In this document: piece after piece, positions 13,730 through 25,740 of the stretch | Layout: each line of letters starts with the position of its first letter | How positions within the stretch are numbered: the first letter of the stretch is position 1 | Assembly: GCA_044892505.1 (NCBI GenBank) | Contig: CM097884.1 | Location: forward strand, 144,770,001 to 144,834,000 | DNA length: 64,000 bases | Direction of reading: 5' to 3' | Source: Schmidtea nova | Lineage: Eukaryota | The notes under the pieces: generated by a model | Seen by the model: only the letters and a program-made list of their open reading frames with translations | What the model was told of the DNA's origin: nothing | The model's database searches: none | Position numbers and translations under genes: made by a program

Positions 13730-15735
13730 GTCTATAAGAATGTTATTGTGCGCTGCTTGGGTTGAACGTATTCTTCGAACAGTTCGGCGTTGATTGTGAA
13801 ATTTCCGGGAGTTCTGGTTAAAATTGGTGTGGTTAAGGTTGCCTTGTTTATGGTGGCGGTGGTAGATGGTAGCAGCTTTAGTAGTATGTTTGTGTTATCT
13901 GTGAGAATTTCGTCCTGAGGAGGGGTGAGCGGGGTTTGTGGCATTAACAGTGGTGCTTTTGGTGGTTTTGTGAATTGTGATGTTAGTGGTTATGCTGGTG
14001 GTTCTGAGTATGGTGTGTTTGTTGTTGGGGGTGTTTGTGGCATTGATAGTGGTGCTTCTGATGATTTTGTGAATGTTGATGTTGGCAATGATGCTGATGG
14101 TTCTGAGCATGATGTTTTTGTTGTTGGTGGTGTTGGTGTTTGTGTTGTGCGAGGTGTGCTGAGTGGTGTAGTGAGTGGAGCTGTGCGAGGTAATTGTCGT
14201 GTGCAGAGAGTAGCAGTCATGTCTGAAATAGTATTTGCTGGTGGAGTTGATATTGTGCTCGTTAAACGTGGTTTGCTGTGAGATAGAGTGTTCACTGGCA
14301 AGAAGTCATCGAAGCGTCCAGGAATATCCGAAGACTCGATTAGATATTTGCATGCTGGTGACTGCTCGTGTGCCATGTACATCCTTTGAGGCATGACTTG
14401 GCCTCGTTCTTGAAAAGGTGATGGTGAATGCACATTGGAATGATTGGGTTATGACGCGTACGAAATCCGGAAGCGCAACCAATGCAGCATTTCTGTGCAT
14501 GTTGTCTAAATCTGTTATGGTAAAAGCAGATTAGTTGTGAACCATTATTGGGTTGTATGTTTTGTGTGCGTGTTGTTGGTGGTTGGTCGGATGTTGTACA
14601 TTATGCAAGAGCGGCGTGTGTTTGGCATATCTTTTGACGTTGCGAGCGTAGTGGTTATCAGTTGTATGTGTTGCGTTGACGATGGGAGATGGTGGTGGTA
14701 GTGTGTAAATATCCGTGCGCGGTTTATAGGTTTGACGTGCATAAATGCGATCGGCTATTTTAGCAAGATCGTACGGGTCTTCAGATTCTACCAATGCGAG
14801 GGAAGTTTGTAAATGGTATGGAAGTGCGGAAAGAAATTGGTGTTTTAAGGGCTGTGCGTTTTTGGAAAGATCATGTATGACGGTGTCGTTCGAGCGAGAA
14901 ATCTGGGTTGTTGCCCGGCGTAATTTTGTGGTGCGAAAAATTTTGTGAGAGACTGGGTCTGTGAGGAAGTATATTTGGATACTATCAGGGATTTCAAATC
15001 ATCGTATGAGTTATCTGCATAAAGAGCATAGGCTATTTTCGGGCAAGCTCGGCCATCAACTAAGAGGGTAGGCTGTCGAGTAGGTAATCTGCAAGTTATT
15101 TTGGGAAGGAAGACGTAAGCAATTCGAATATGCGCAACCACGACGAGAGTGTACCGTCAGGATCCAAAAAAACAAAATTGAACAGAAAGCGGGTGAGGAA
15201 TTCGGTTCTGTTTGAGGTCGGACGCCTCCAAGAATACGTTAATGGACTACGACCGAGTTTGGTTTGATTTCAGAGGTTGTAGCGATGTGAATTCCGTTTG
15301 TCGATAAATAAAAAGATGTGTTGTAAATGTGGTGAAACGCAGCTATATCTGTGTGTAGATCTTTGGTGATATTTACTTGAGTTATTTTGTTATTAAAGCG
15401 CGTTAAGACAAATTTTGGGGAAAAAATGTCGGTGGTGGTCAAAGAATCTCTGTTGTACAAAAAAATTTGTGTAAAGTTGTGGGCGTGACTTGTATTGAGG
15501 GTGTCAAAAAAACTGGGCAGAGTATTTGTGAATTTTGTGAAGAAGGATATAAATAATTTTAAAATTTAATATTAATAAAAATAATGTAAATAAATATAAT
15601 ATATTACGTAATGTAATATTATAAATAATATAAGTAACATTTCCAATATTAATCAGTATATTAGACGTTATTTCCAAAATTATATTATATTCAAAAACTG
15701 CAATATTTAAACAAATATTAATCTAAATATCGTCA

Positions 15736-16980
15736 CTCTCCCCTTCTTTAAGAACTGTGATACTCTTTCAGCCATTCAATTCGTCTGCATCTATTCCCAT
15801 CTAGATATTCTAGTTCAACTTGGTGTTTCGTTGGGAAACCAAAAATCCTTACAGGACCTTCAAACAAATTACCATGCTTTGATCTCTTATGGGGATCCAT
15901 TTTTACTAGAACTCTCTGACCAACCTCAAAATGCCGATGAATTTTCTTATCTGCATCTCTTGATCTCATTTTATCTGCCGCTACCTAAATAATATTCTGT
16001 GCTGTCAATAATACTTGTTCTCGATTAAGATCTATAATTGAATTCTTTCCAAGTATATTAACCTTTCTTCCAAATAGTATTTCCATTGGCGAAAATCCCG
16101 TAGAACTCTGTGTTGTTGAGTTCAGAGAATATTCAACTTTTGGCATAATGTCATCCCAACACCCTCCAGTTTGCCCACCATTCAGAAATGTCACGATCAT
16201 ATCACGAACCGTTCGTATAACCCGTTCTGCTAAACCATTAGACTTATGATCATATGGCGAGGTAAATATCCATTCGATGTTAAAATTATCCATTAACCCT
16301 TTGATTTGACTTCCCTCGAAAACTTTACATCTATCCGAAACAATGTAAGCTGGCTTACCGAATTTGTAAATCCAATTGTGTAAAAGTACTCGATATACCG
16401 TCTTTTCATCTTGGTTCTGAGTAGGCGTTAAACTAACCATCTTGCTGAACTGATCAATTATTACTACCAAATAACAGTTACGGTTTCTGGTTTCCTTTAT
16501 ATGAGCAATATCGATTACGATTTGTTCCATCGAATTCATTATTACCCTAGGAATTAAATACTCAGCTGTCTTACTTGTCAAAACTTTCCTTCTCATGCAT
16601 ACATCACATTTTTTTATAATATCTCGTATATCGGTTACCATGTGTATCCAAAAGAAATAATCGTTCATATAATTTGTTGTTTTCTTAACTCCTAAATGAC
16701 AGAGTTCTTTGTGCATATGCTGTACGACTTGTGACACCATATTCTGCGGAATTATTATCTTCTGCTTATCATCATTTACTATTAATAACAGATTGTCTTT
16801 TACAAATATCTGATCCAGTCTTTTGGAATAAGGTGAATTCCGAATCAAGTGAGATATCTCGGGACTCGGGTTTAGTACATATTTCTTTATCGTAGACAGC
16901 AAATTGTCTGTTTCCTGATTCTCAATATATACCTGCATATTTAAATTACTTGAAGTAATCACATTTAAAAATTTTATTCG
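15736..16980 (-). mobile_element. Gypsy integrase fragment (HHCC, DDE core, GPY/F domain) followed by PPT and start of a 3' LTR
   Basis: H..LCHLG..C..C; IVIDI, IIDQFSK, SDRCKVFE, SNGLAER; FEVGQRVLVK..FEGP; AGAAGGGGAGAG purine tract then TGACG. Confidence 0.9.
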
Positions 16981-17234
16981 GCTCTTCTCAAGTTTTCTCT
17001 TTTCAAGAGTTCTAATTTTATGGGATGAATTGGGAAAATCAAGGAGGTTATTGGCATATAGGTCACACTTTAACAGTTTTTCTTTTCAATTTAATGATGA
17101 AGAACAAATAAAGAAATGATTTAATTGGGTGAATTTAAGACATTTTAGAGCAGAGAAGAATTTATCCAAATGAAATAAAATAGATTTAAAAAAATATTTA
17201 TTTCAAGAAATCTGTTGCTTCGATTTAGAAAATC

Positions 17235-17480
17235 AGTCATCTTTCATTGTCAATAGAAAACAACTGGAAGGTTGTCCATATCTCAATTCTGCATTAAGCA
17301 GTATCGGTGAAGCGTGTATGAACCATTTCTCTGACTTTAAGTTATAAGTCTCAATTGCACTTTCAATATCATCCTTGTAGATTCCAACAGCTGCTCTCAT
17401 GAACATGTGTTGTGGTCGTCCTACGACCTTGTCAGCGATTCTAAGAGATAAGACTTTTTCAGCGTTTTAGAACTTTTGGA
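17235..17480 (-). pseudogene. RRM1: Ribonucleotide reductase large-subunit fragment (about 80 codons, one frameshift)
   Basis: [74 protein letters not shown] matches the conserved class I RNR R1 segment. Confidence 0.88.
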
Positions 17481-17667
17481 TCTTGGGCTTTTAAATAATT
17501 ACTTCGGTAGTTATATTTTTCAATTCTATTTGAACTGTCTCTTTTCAATTCATCCTTTTTCATGGTTTGGTTCAAGGTGACGTGAGACATAACAGGTTGA
17601 TTCCGATATTCTTTATAGCTGGTTGACCTTTCTTCATGATTTGATTTACCTTATTCCATTGTTCCTT

Positions 17668-19443
17668 TTATCTCAATAATCTGCTTTGTTCGTTGTAACT
17701 TATCCTGTAACCAACTATGTAAGATTTTAATTGGAGGTTTCTATATAATCTCTCTTCTCCGCCGTAATTTAATTCTAGCCTTTCCAACGCCGCATCATAC
17801 GCTCTCGAAGAATATCCCAAGTTCTCAATCAATTTCAATGGTTCTCCAGTAAGATATTGCATGAGATGTTGTAACTTTTCTTCTTTTGAACCAAGTGCTT
17901 TATCTATCCGGACTTCAAAACAAGCTTTCCAGGCCGGATATTCTTTTATTTGTCCATTAAAAACTGGAACCGTTAACCTTTTAAGTTTTTCTAAAGTAGG
18001 TACGTATTCTTCTGTTCTTATTTTATCCGTTTTAATTCCAATCCTTTTATTCGTATTGGCATCAATTTGATTATTTAAATCCTCATCCTTCTCAATAATT
18101 TCTTTTATATCATTCTTTATCTTTTTTACTTCAATAACCTTCCCTAATGTCTCACCCAATGTATTTAACTCTATGAATTTTTCTATTGTCATCTCATACA
18201 TCTCTGAATATTCTTCATATACCTTTGTTCCTTCTGAGTCAGCTAAACTTAATTTAACTCGATTCCTAAGCCTGGTTAATTTATTTTTGTTCGAAGATAT
18301 CCTACTCATTCCATCGCAAAATACTTCCTCCTCGTTCCCTCCTTTCAACCGCAGAGTTAAATGTAGTGTAGCTCCCCTTTTAATATTATAATGGGATAAC
18401 GTCTTAATATTTTCTAATATCCTCCCAGAAAAGATTAGTAACTGTAGATCTGGTGGAATTCCTTCCTTGTCCTGAATTTTTTCTTTTATATTTTCAATAA
18501 TATCCTTTGATTCAACTTCTATTGAAATTGTTTTACCTGTTAGGGATTTCACAAAAATTTGCATTTTATGAACTGGTTGAAGTATCTGTTCCTCTTGAAC
18601 TTTATTAGGTTTTCCCATAATTTTGAATCGCTTAAATGTTTTCTGAAATTGGATATCCTGGGGCCCATAGCAAGATATCAAATTAATTTTAACATTCTCT
18701 TTATTTATTATGAGGGATTTGATCAATCTGAACCCCCCAGACTCCCACATGATATTAATAAATAACAACAATAAATCTAGCCTGTTGATTATCGTCGATC
18801 CATCCTGTGGTCCCGGTGAAAACGTCAGCAGTCTGAATTGGCCAAGCAAAGTTCCAGAAACTCGGTTGTTATTGGCATCCGGAATGACATTGATTTTGTC
18901 ATCGACCTTTTGGAGAATTTCATTGAATTTCGGATAGAATTCATATCCCTTGATTGATTGAGTGACTATTGGCACTAAATGGCTGACTAGGTTGGCAGCA
19001 TCATCAAATCGTTCTGACATTATTTCTCTCATCAATCCAACAATTGTAGAGGGGTTTCCATTTATTCTTGATTTGAGACTTTGCAAAACAGCTACCAGAT
19101 TAAGATTGCAAAACGATTTACAGAAATCGGCAATTGACTGACCAAGTGATCGAAAGACATAAATGTTTAAGAGAAAACGTGAATAAATATCCAATTCCTC
19201 ACAAGTGTTGAGAAATGTTGCGAGATAATAATAGATATTGGAGCCCCAACTCAATGTGGGTCTATTCTGAAACGGTTCTGATTTTGGGTTGATTTTGTGA
19301 GAGGCTTTTGACACCCTCCGTTGTTTTTTAATATCCATAGATTTCGCGTGGCCCCCCGATGGGAACCACGCTCTGCTACCATGTTGCTTCGATTTAGAAA
19401 GGCAGTCATCTTTCATTGTCAATAGAAAACAACTATATTCCAT
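17668..19443 (-). CDS. 591-aa chimeric ORF: RNR-derived start, unassigned region, ubiquitin-like domain (18337-18564), BEL/Pao gag (DUF1759-like) domain
   Basis: [10 protein letters not shown] at the N-terminus; [40 protein letters not shown]; [47 protein letters not shown]. Confidence 0.8.
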   Translation of the reverse strand: MEYSCFLLTMKDDCLSKSKQHGSRAWFPSGGHAKSMDIKKQRRVSKASHKINPKSEPFQNRPTLSWGSNIYYYLATFLNTCEELDIYSRFLLNIYVFRSLGQSIADFCKSFCNLNLVAVLQSLKSRINGNPSTIVGLMREIMSERFDDAANLVSHLVPIVTQSIKGYEFYPKFNEILQKVDDKINVIPDANNNRVSGTLLGQFRLLTFSPGPQDGSTIINRLDLLLLFINIMWESGGFRLIKSLIINKENVKINLISCYGPQDIQFQKTFKRFKIMGKPNKVQEEQILQPVHKMQIFVKSLTGKTISIEVESKDIIENIKEKIQDKEGIPPDLQLLIFSGRILENIKTLSHYNIKRGATLHLTLRLKGGNEEEVFCDGMSRISSNKNKLTRLRNRVKLSLADSEGTKVYEEYSEMYEMTIEKFIELNTLGETLGKVIEVKKIKNDIKEIIEKDEDLNNQIDANTNKRIGIKTDKIRTEEYVPTLEKLKRLTVPVFNGQIKEYPAWKACFEVRIDKALGSKEEKLQHLMQYLTGEPLKLIENLGYSSRAYDAALERLELNYGGEERLYRNLQLKSYIVGYRISYNEQSRLLR

Positions 19444-19744
19444 ATTCTCGCCAAATATTTCAAGAATTTATTAAATGCAACACCTTAATATTGCGGGAAA
19501 CTCCTAAAGTCCTCATCTACTACTTTAATTGAAAAATCTTTTAAAGGAACTCGGATAATGACCGAATCCAATAGTAATAACAATGAGGAATGAAACAATG
19601 GACAATCCGCAGTACGTCTCCTAAGTTCGATTGTTTGATTAGAATATGGAAATTGTTCAGAGACTAAACGTTGTTAGGGATGGAGAAATTATTCACTTTT
19701 AATGATTCCTTAAGATATAGTCTGACTCTCTTGGAAACTTGAGA

Positions 19745-20000
19745 GATATGCTTGTCAGGCACAAATTTTGATAAAAGACTTGATGAAAATCATATTACAA
19801 AACCAGGAGAGGAATCAATTAATAGAGTTGATGATGCTACTCTAAAACATGATATTGCTTATAAAAAACAAGATATAAGAACTCGTCAAAAAGCGGATAT
19901 TGATTTAATTCATGATATAAATAAAATTAAAATAAAACAATTAATGAAAAATTAGCTGGTGTTATTGCCTAAACTGTAATAAAAGCAAAGGTACTCCTTG
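19745..20000 (+). pseudogene. Parvoviral-type phospholipase A2-like gene of Mavericks/adintoviruses (PLA2X-like)
   Basis: GTNFDKRL..INRVDDATLKHDIAY..RQKADIDL, then KLAGVIA*TVIKAKVLLG. Confidence 0.75.
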
Positions 20001-20069
20001 GAGCCGGGCAGAGCCCAATCGACAGAGTCGCGGTATCACCGATCACCCTAGGTGGGGAAAATAAACCAA

Positions 20070-20740
20070 CATATGAAACTTTAACACAAGAACTTCATTC
20101 AAATAAAGTTCTTGCAAACGAGTTGCAAAAAGAATATAGAAAACTATCTTAATTTTTAAAAATACAAGTATTTAATAAAGATGATATTTGGGAGCAAATC
20201 TTTTTGAAATGCCCAACTTGAAACGGAATAGCAATTTTAAATATATCTTAACTATTACTGATTTGTATACAAAGTTTGCATGGGCAATACCACTAAAAAG
20301 CAAAAGAAATTCATTGAATAAAAAATGCATTTGTAAACTTGTTTGAAGAAATTCCATATAGAATTCCAAATAAATTATATACAGATAATGGAAAAGAATT
20401 TATAAGAAATTATTTGATGAATTGCTATAAGAAAATGAAAATAAAAAATTTATTCTACTTTTAATCAACCAGATGAAAAAAGTCAAGGTCCTTCTCATAA
20501 TCCTGTTATAGAAAGATTTAACAGAACTTTAAAAATTTATTGTTTAAAAAATTTACAGAAAATGGAAATCGTATTTGGATTAATATATTACCAGAAATAT
20601 TAATTTTTATAATAATAAAATACACAAAACAAATAAATCATCGCATCAAGAAGCTTCAAACATACAAAAATTAATTCAAGAAATTGCAAACAATTATAGT
20701 CAAGAAAATAAAAATTTGAAAGAAAAGCAACGCTTTAATA
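20070..20740 (+). pseudogene. Maverick retroviral-like (rve) integrase, degraded
   Basis: LANELQK..FNKDDIW, YTNFAWAIPLK-like segment, IPNKLYTDNGKEF, VIERFNRTLK; directly follows the PLA2-like gene. Confidence 0.82.
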
Positions 20741-20769
20741 TTTGTGACAAGTAGTAGGATGTGAGCCCA

Positions 20770-21200
20770 TCAGATATAGGTCAAGACCCCCAAAAAAGAT
20801 TTCATTTTATGTAGGTCAATTTTAGGACACTTTAAGGTCAAATATTTCGTTTAAGGTGACTTTGAGGGCAATTTAAAGTCAAAAAAGAAGTTCAAAATCG
20901 ATTTAAGGTCATTTTAAGATGAATTTAGGATAAAATATATGGTTTAAGGACACTTTAAGGACAATAAAGTAGGTCAATGTTGTTTTAGGACACTTTAAGG
21001 TCAAAACGTAGGTCGATTTCAGGTCACCATGATGACAAATCAAGTAGGTCAAATATAATTTTTAAAATTTTTCTAAGTCGAAAATAAGTAGGTTAATATT
21101 AATTTTCGAAATTATTTTAAGTCAGAATTAAGTAGGTAATAATTTTCAAATATTTCTATGTCAGAAATAAGTAGGTCAAATATAAAAAACTTGAAAATTT
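20770..21200. repeat. Array of (T/A)AGGTCA-containing short repeats
   Basis: More than a dozen aggtca/aaggtca/aggacactttaaggtca motifs immediately after the integrase. Confidence 0.8.
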
Positions 21201-22069
21201 TTTTAAAGTCAGATTAACAATTAAGTGAAACAACACTTTGTGACTCATATGACATTGTATATGCAAGTTTAATAAAGGCAATGCAATCAAGCTGCAAGAA
21301 TAACCANNNNNNNNNNNNNNNNNNNNNNNNNNNNNNNNNNNNNNNNNNNNNNNNNNNNNNNNNNNNNNNNNNNNNNNNNNNNNNNNNNNNNNNNNNNNNN
21401 NNNNNNNNNNNNNNNNNNNNNNNNNNNNNNNNNNNNNNNNNNNNNNNNNNNNNNNNNNNNNNNNNNNNNNNNNNNNNNNNNNTAATATTTAATTAATAAT
21501 AAAAATAATAAAAACACACATTTATTGTTTTAAATAATCAATAACACCAGACAAGCACCCTTTATATGCACACATACAATGATTTTTATAGGGACATGAA
21601 ATATTATCTGGAACAAATTCAACTTTATTATAATTATATTTAATTAATCTTATTTTGGGAAATATTTCTTCAAAACTTGCAACTTTTCATTATCTGTAAT
21701 ATAGAAAATAGCTTCTTTATCTTTAATATCAGTCATAATACATTTTGGGCAAAAATAATCTTGTCTTTTATAAACGATTCTAAAATATCAATAGAGAAAA
21801 ATAAATCACTGTATATATAATACTGTGGTGTGAAAATACTATTAACATTCATAATACATAATTCCTTAATTGTTGTTCCACCAATTTTCATTATAACCAT
21901 AGATATCAATAAAATAACAAGACTTTTTCAAATAAAATCATTAAAATAAATTGTTTATAACATTGATTTCAACCATGCAAAGCAATGTTCACCACAAGTA
22001 ATTGTTAATGGATTTTGATACCGAATTCTAATTAGCTTTTTTAAAATGAGCTTTTGGACCAGATTGGAA

Positions 22070-22210
22070 GTGCAAGTCGGCGTACAAATACCGAAAAGTT
22101 TCATCCTGAAAAAGGAAGTCAAATATTAAGGCCCCTTCATTAATAAAGATAGCATACAAGCAGACCCATCAAAGCTGGAGGCTATCAAATCATTTGAAAG
22201 AGTAAAATGT
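22070..22210 (+). pseudogene. Short Gypsy RT C-terminal remnant
   Basis: KKEVKY*GPFINKDSIQADPSKLEAIKSF resembles the conserved post-YxDD RT segment. Confidence 0.6.
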
Positions 22211-22870
22211 TTCAAAAGTCTGAATATGCAAGGAATATGCAAAAAAGTGTAGAGTTTTAGAAGAATTATATGTAAGTTTTTAAATTTTAAATTATAATTT
22301 TTAAAAAAATAATTCGATTTGTATTTTTACTTTGAATTCTTTTGACAAATTGTTTTGAGATTTTTTGATTCGATGCCAAAAATTTTGTTTATATATTAAA
22401 AATTATTGTGGTATTAATAAATCTTAGAATATGAATTCAGTTAATGAAAATGTTTTTTCAAACAACTTAGAAGATGTTCTCGTGACATCTCACAATAATA
22501 ATGTTTATAAAATATTAATTGTGCATTTTCTGATAGTTTTATTTGGAGTGGTCAACAACAATTAGGGGACTTCACCAAACATCTGATACCAGCCGTCGGC
22601 ATTACGGATATTCGAGCAATGAGAGTCAATCAACTAATAATTCGCAACATTTATAAATTATTCGCTATCAAATTAATAATAATATTTTTAAAATCTTTTT
22701 AAATTACCTTCTCCCAGGGTCGTATAGTACTCGTAATAATTGTAAAATTTATTTAATGCAATTAATGCAGTCATTAAATGTTCATTTTATATATTTTTAT
22801 ATAGATATAATGTTCATGGCGTACACAAAAACAAATTGCACAAGAAATATTATTTAATTATTTTTTACTG

Positions 22871-23050
22871 TTATCCACCCGAGGGTGGGATCGGTTCTAG
22901 ATATTGCTCTAAATCTACTTTTCCGGATTTTACGTCATCCTTGAGTTTATCAACTGCTTGTTGCATCTTTTCCCTATGGACGGACGCGTAGTCCCCTGAA
23001 ACGAGAACGATTGCAGAAACAATTAGAAATAATAGAAAAACGAATTTCAT
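22871..23050 (-). CDS. Secreted peptide family member S1 (59 aa; absent from the supplied ORF track)
   Basis: MKFVFLLFLIVSAIVLVSGDYASVHREKMQQAVDKLKDDVKSGKVDLEQYLEPIPPSGG*; TATA box at 23094-23099; upstream region and 3' UTR match those of 63679-63942. Confidence 0.8.
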   Translation of the reverse strand: MKFVFLLFLIVSAIVLVSGDYASVHREKMQQAVDKLKDDVKSGKVDLEQYLEPIPPSGG

Positions 23051-23911
23051 TTTCTTTGAAAGTTAAATTAAGATTTCCGTAATTTTCCGCCAATTTATAC
23101 CGCAACCCTCTTTGTCCACTGGAAGGCAGAAATGGCGGACGGAACAGCTGGAGGGCTCTCAACGCATTTTGTAGTTGTTTCAAGGATCTCAAGCAATTGT
23201 CAAGTGCTTCCTTCTGGGTTCCGAATTGTTCTGAATTATTTAGCTGAAAAATAGAAATTGTAATTTTAATAAAAATAAAGTGAACAAATAATAATCACCT
23301 CACGTAGAATTTTTTTTTACTAATTCTCATGTAGAATTGCCGAATCCCTCTAGACTTATTGAAATAAAGGATTTCTACAAATCGTAGACGTTGAAGCGCC
23401 CAATATCAAAAGGTTCAACTTCCGAATTAGGAAAATGGAAAAGGCGACCAGTTGTAATGGTTAGAGGTTTTGTTTAGGGATACTTGATGGATGGCAGGGC
23501 TCATTTGCCAAAACTCCTTTCATTGAATATGATGGAAAGAAGATCTTAGACTTTTTCAATGGTACTCAAAGGTTTTATATGCAAAGAATATAGTTTTGTC
23601 TTTGGAGTGGTACGTATAGTGGCGTAGAAAGCGGAGGAATGGGGTGGCACAAAAGCACAGTTGCTTTGAATTACTCAATTCACAGGGTTCTTAAAATTAA
23701 AAAAATGGATGAATTTATTTATTTGAAAAAAAAGGTTTTTTTTTAAATTTTAGAGCTTAAATTTTATTTTTAAAATTTTTAACAAAAAACATTTAGAAAC
23801 AATTTTAAATTTAAAAAAATTTTAAACAGATTAACATCCAATGAAAAAGAAGATAATTCAATAAACAAGAAACAGTAGAATGAATGAAGATACCGGTTAT
23901 ATGACGAATTA

Positions 23912-23946
23912 GAGATTGACGAGGATTATTTTATAATCGAAAATTT
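23912..23946 (+). ncRNA. Hammerhead motif family A, copy with damaged stem I 3' strand
   Basis: GAGA-TTGACGA-G-GATTAT(TTT)ATAATC-GAA-AATT-T followed by tagt instead of tctc. Confidence 0.5.
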
Positions 23947-24246
23947 TAGTTTTGCAAATTAGTTTTGCAACAAAGGCTTATTTTGTTACTTNNNNNNNNN
24001 NNNNNNNNNNNNNNNNNNNNNNNNNNNNNNNNNNNNNNNNNNNNNNNNNNNNNNNNNNNNNNNNNNNNNNNNNNNNNNNNNNNNNNNNNNNNNNNNNNNN
24101 NNNNNNNNNNNNNNNNNNNNNNNNNNNNNNNNNNNNNNNNNNNNNNNNNNNNNNNNNNNNNNNNNNNTAGCAGCATTAAGTATTAAATTAATTAATAAAT
24201 AAGTAACAAAATAAGCCTTTGCTGCAAAAATATAATTTTATTAAAT

Positions 24247-24285
24247 GAGAAAATTTTCGATTATCAAATAATCCTCGTCAATCTC
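24247..24285 (-). ncRNA. Minimal hammerhead motif, family A (U3.G8); a head-to-head plus-strand copy with CTGACGA core lies at 24287-24321
   Basis: GAGA-TTGACGA-G-GATTAT(TTG)ATAATC-GAA-AATT-T-TCTC. Confidence 0.7.
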
Positions 24286-24380
24286 TCTGACGAGGATTAT
24301 TTGATAATCGAAAATTTTCTCATTTAATAAAATTATATTTTTGCAGCAAAGGCTTATTTTGTTACTTATTTATTAATTAA

Positions 24381-24429
<49 letters not shown>

Positions 24430-24843
24430 AAAATTATAATTATTAAAAATTCATTATTACCATTATTATTATTTTATCATTATAATTATGATTCTTAATA
24501 ATACAACAATAATATTAATATTTTTATTATTAGTTTTTTATTATTATTATTTTTTTATTAATATTAATATTATTATTATAATTAAAAATTTTTTTAAAAA
24601 TTATTATAATTATTATTAATACCATTATTACCATTATTATTATTTTTATTTTTAACATTACTATTAATCATTATTATTATTTTTCGTATTATTATTATTA
24701 TTATTATTAATATCATAATTATATTTTTTTCACCTTTGATCTTTTTCTATTATTATTATCAATAATTCTCATAATGACTATAGATCAAAAATTTTTTTTT
24801 AAACAATAACACAGTATTTCGGCACAGCCTTTATCAATTGTAC

Positions 24844-24876
24844 ACTCTTGATAAAGGCTGTGCCGAAATATTGTGT
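24844..24876 (+). ncRNA. Minimal hammerhead motif, family B (U3-A8), one stem I mismatch
   Basis: ACTC-TTGATAA-A-GGC(TGT)GCC-GAA-ATAT-T-GTGT; an inverted, mutated copy lies immediately to the left. Confidence 0.62.
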
Positions 24877-24944
24877 TATTGTTTATAAAAAAAAATTTTG
24901 ATCTATAGTCATTATGAGAATTATTGATAATAATAATAATAATA

Positions 24945-25002
<58 letters not shown>

Positions 25003-25007
25003 GATAC

Positions 25008-25040
25008 ACATTTGATAAAGGCTGTGCCGAAATATTGTGT
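25008..25040 (+). ncRNA. Minimal hammerhead motif, family B (U3-A8)
   Basis: ACAT-TTGATAA-A-GGC(TGT)GCC-GAA-ATAT-T-GTGT directly after a long (ATT)n tract. Confidence 0.7.
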
Positions 25041-25404
25041 TATTGTTTATAAAAAAAATTTTGATCTATAGTCATTNNNNNNNNNNNNNNNNNNNNNNNN
25101 NNNNNNNNNNNNNNNNNNNNNNNNNNNNNNNNNNNNNNNNNNNNNNNNNNNNNNNNNNNNNNNNNNNNNNNNNNNNNNNNNNNNNNNNNNNNNNNNNNNN
25201 NNNNNNNNNNNNNNNNNNNNNNNNNNNNNNNNNNNNNNNNNNCTAAAATTGAATTATATATCGAAATGTATCATGTATATATATGTGGAACAACTATTAG
25301 AAATGTTAGTCACTTAATTAAAACAAAAGAAAATGCCATTCAATTAAACAAAAATATTCTCATGTCTGACTTAGTACAGATAATAGTAATCGTTTGTGAG
25401 TTTT

Positions 25405-25715
25405 ACCTAAGCAACATCTTCCCTGGATATTATATATTGATGTGTGTGTTCACCTTAACTACAGGTCCCTTGAGGTCTCCTTATACGCACGTGGTTTCAT
25501 TAGCATTAGACTCATCGGGGACTTTTTATTGATGTGTGTGTTTACCGTGGCAACAGGTTCCTCGGAGATTGTATATTGATTAGTCTGCGTGTTTAATCTA
25601 GGAAGACATTTCCCTTGGACTATATTTTGATGTGTGTGTTTACCCTAGCAACAGGTTTTTCGGGAAATATATAGTGATGTGTGTATTATTTCCTTAGCAA
25701 CCGTTGCTGCGTGAA
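25405..25715 (+). repeat. About six degenerate ~47-bp tandem repeats upstream of the Maverick ATPase
   Basis: atattgatgtgtgtgtttaccNtRgcaacagg units at ~25435, 25527, 25574, 25622 and 25670. Confidence 0.8.
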
Positions 25716-25740
25716 AAAAGTGGCCTAGACCTACTATAAA

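Larger units (their letters stand above)
10294..15200 (-). mobile_element. Decayed CsRn1-type Gypsy retrotransposon (gag, protease, N-terminal RT), split by a hAT insertion
   Basis: gag-like YDDLKSLIVSKY and DLAKIADRI; CHCC motif CIHHHLFKNEAKSCLKGC at ~14380-14430; protease LIDTGS restored when the hAT is removed; RT motifs RTSSPWTSPIH and FSTIELAKAFHQ..KTAVTIPFGNFEYFFMPFGLRNAA. Confidence 0.85.

Noticed and set aside
13895-14433. Thr/Pro-rich mucin-like ORFs
   Set aside because: Low-complexity gag-protease linker of the decayed Gypsy element.
23300-23720. Protein-like plus-strand frame (GWQGSFAKTPF..LWSGTYSG)
   Set aside because: Interrupted by stops, no recognisable family, and similarity to 48894-49364 is unconvincing.
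24785-25009. Poly-Ile and poly-Asn ORFs (also 2020-2274, 42540-42731)
   Set aside because: Translations of (ATT)n/(AAT)n microsatellites.
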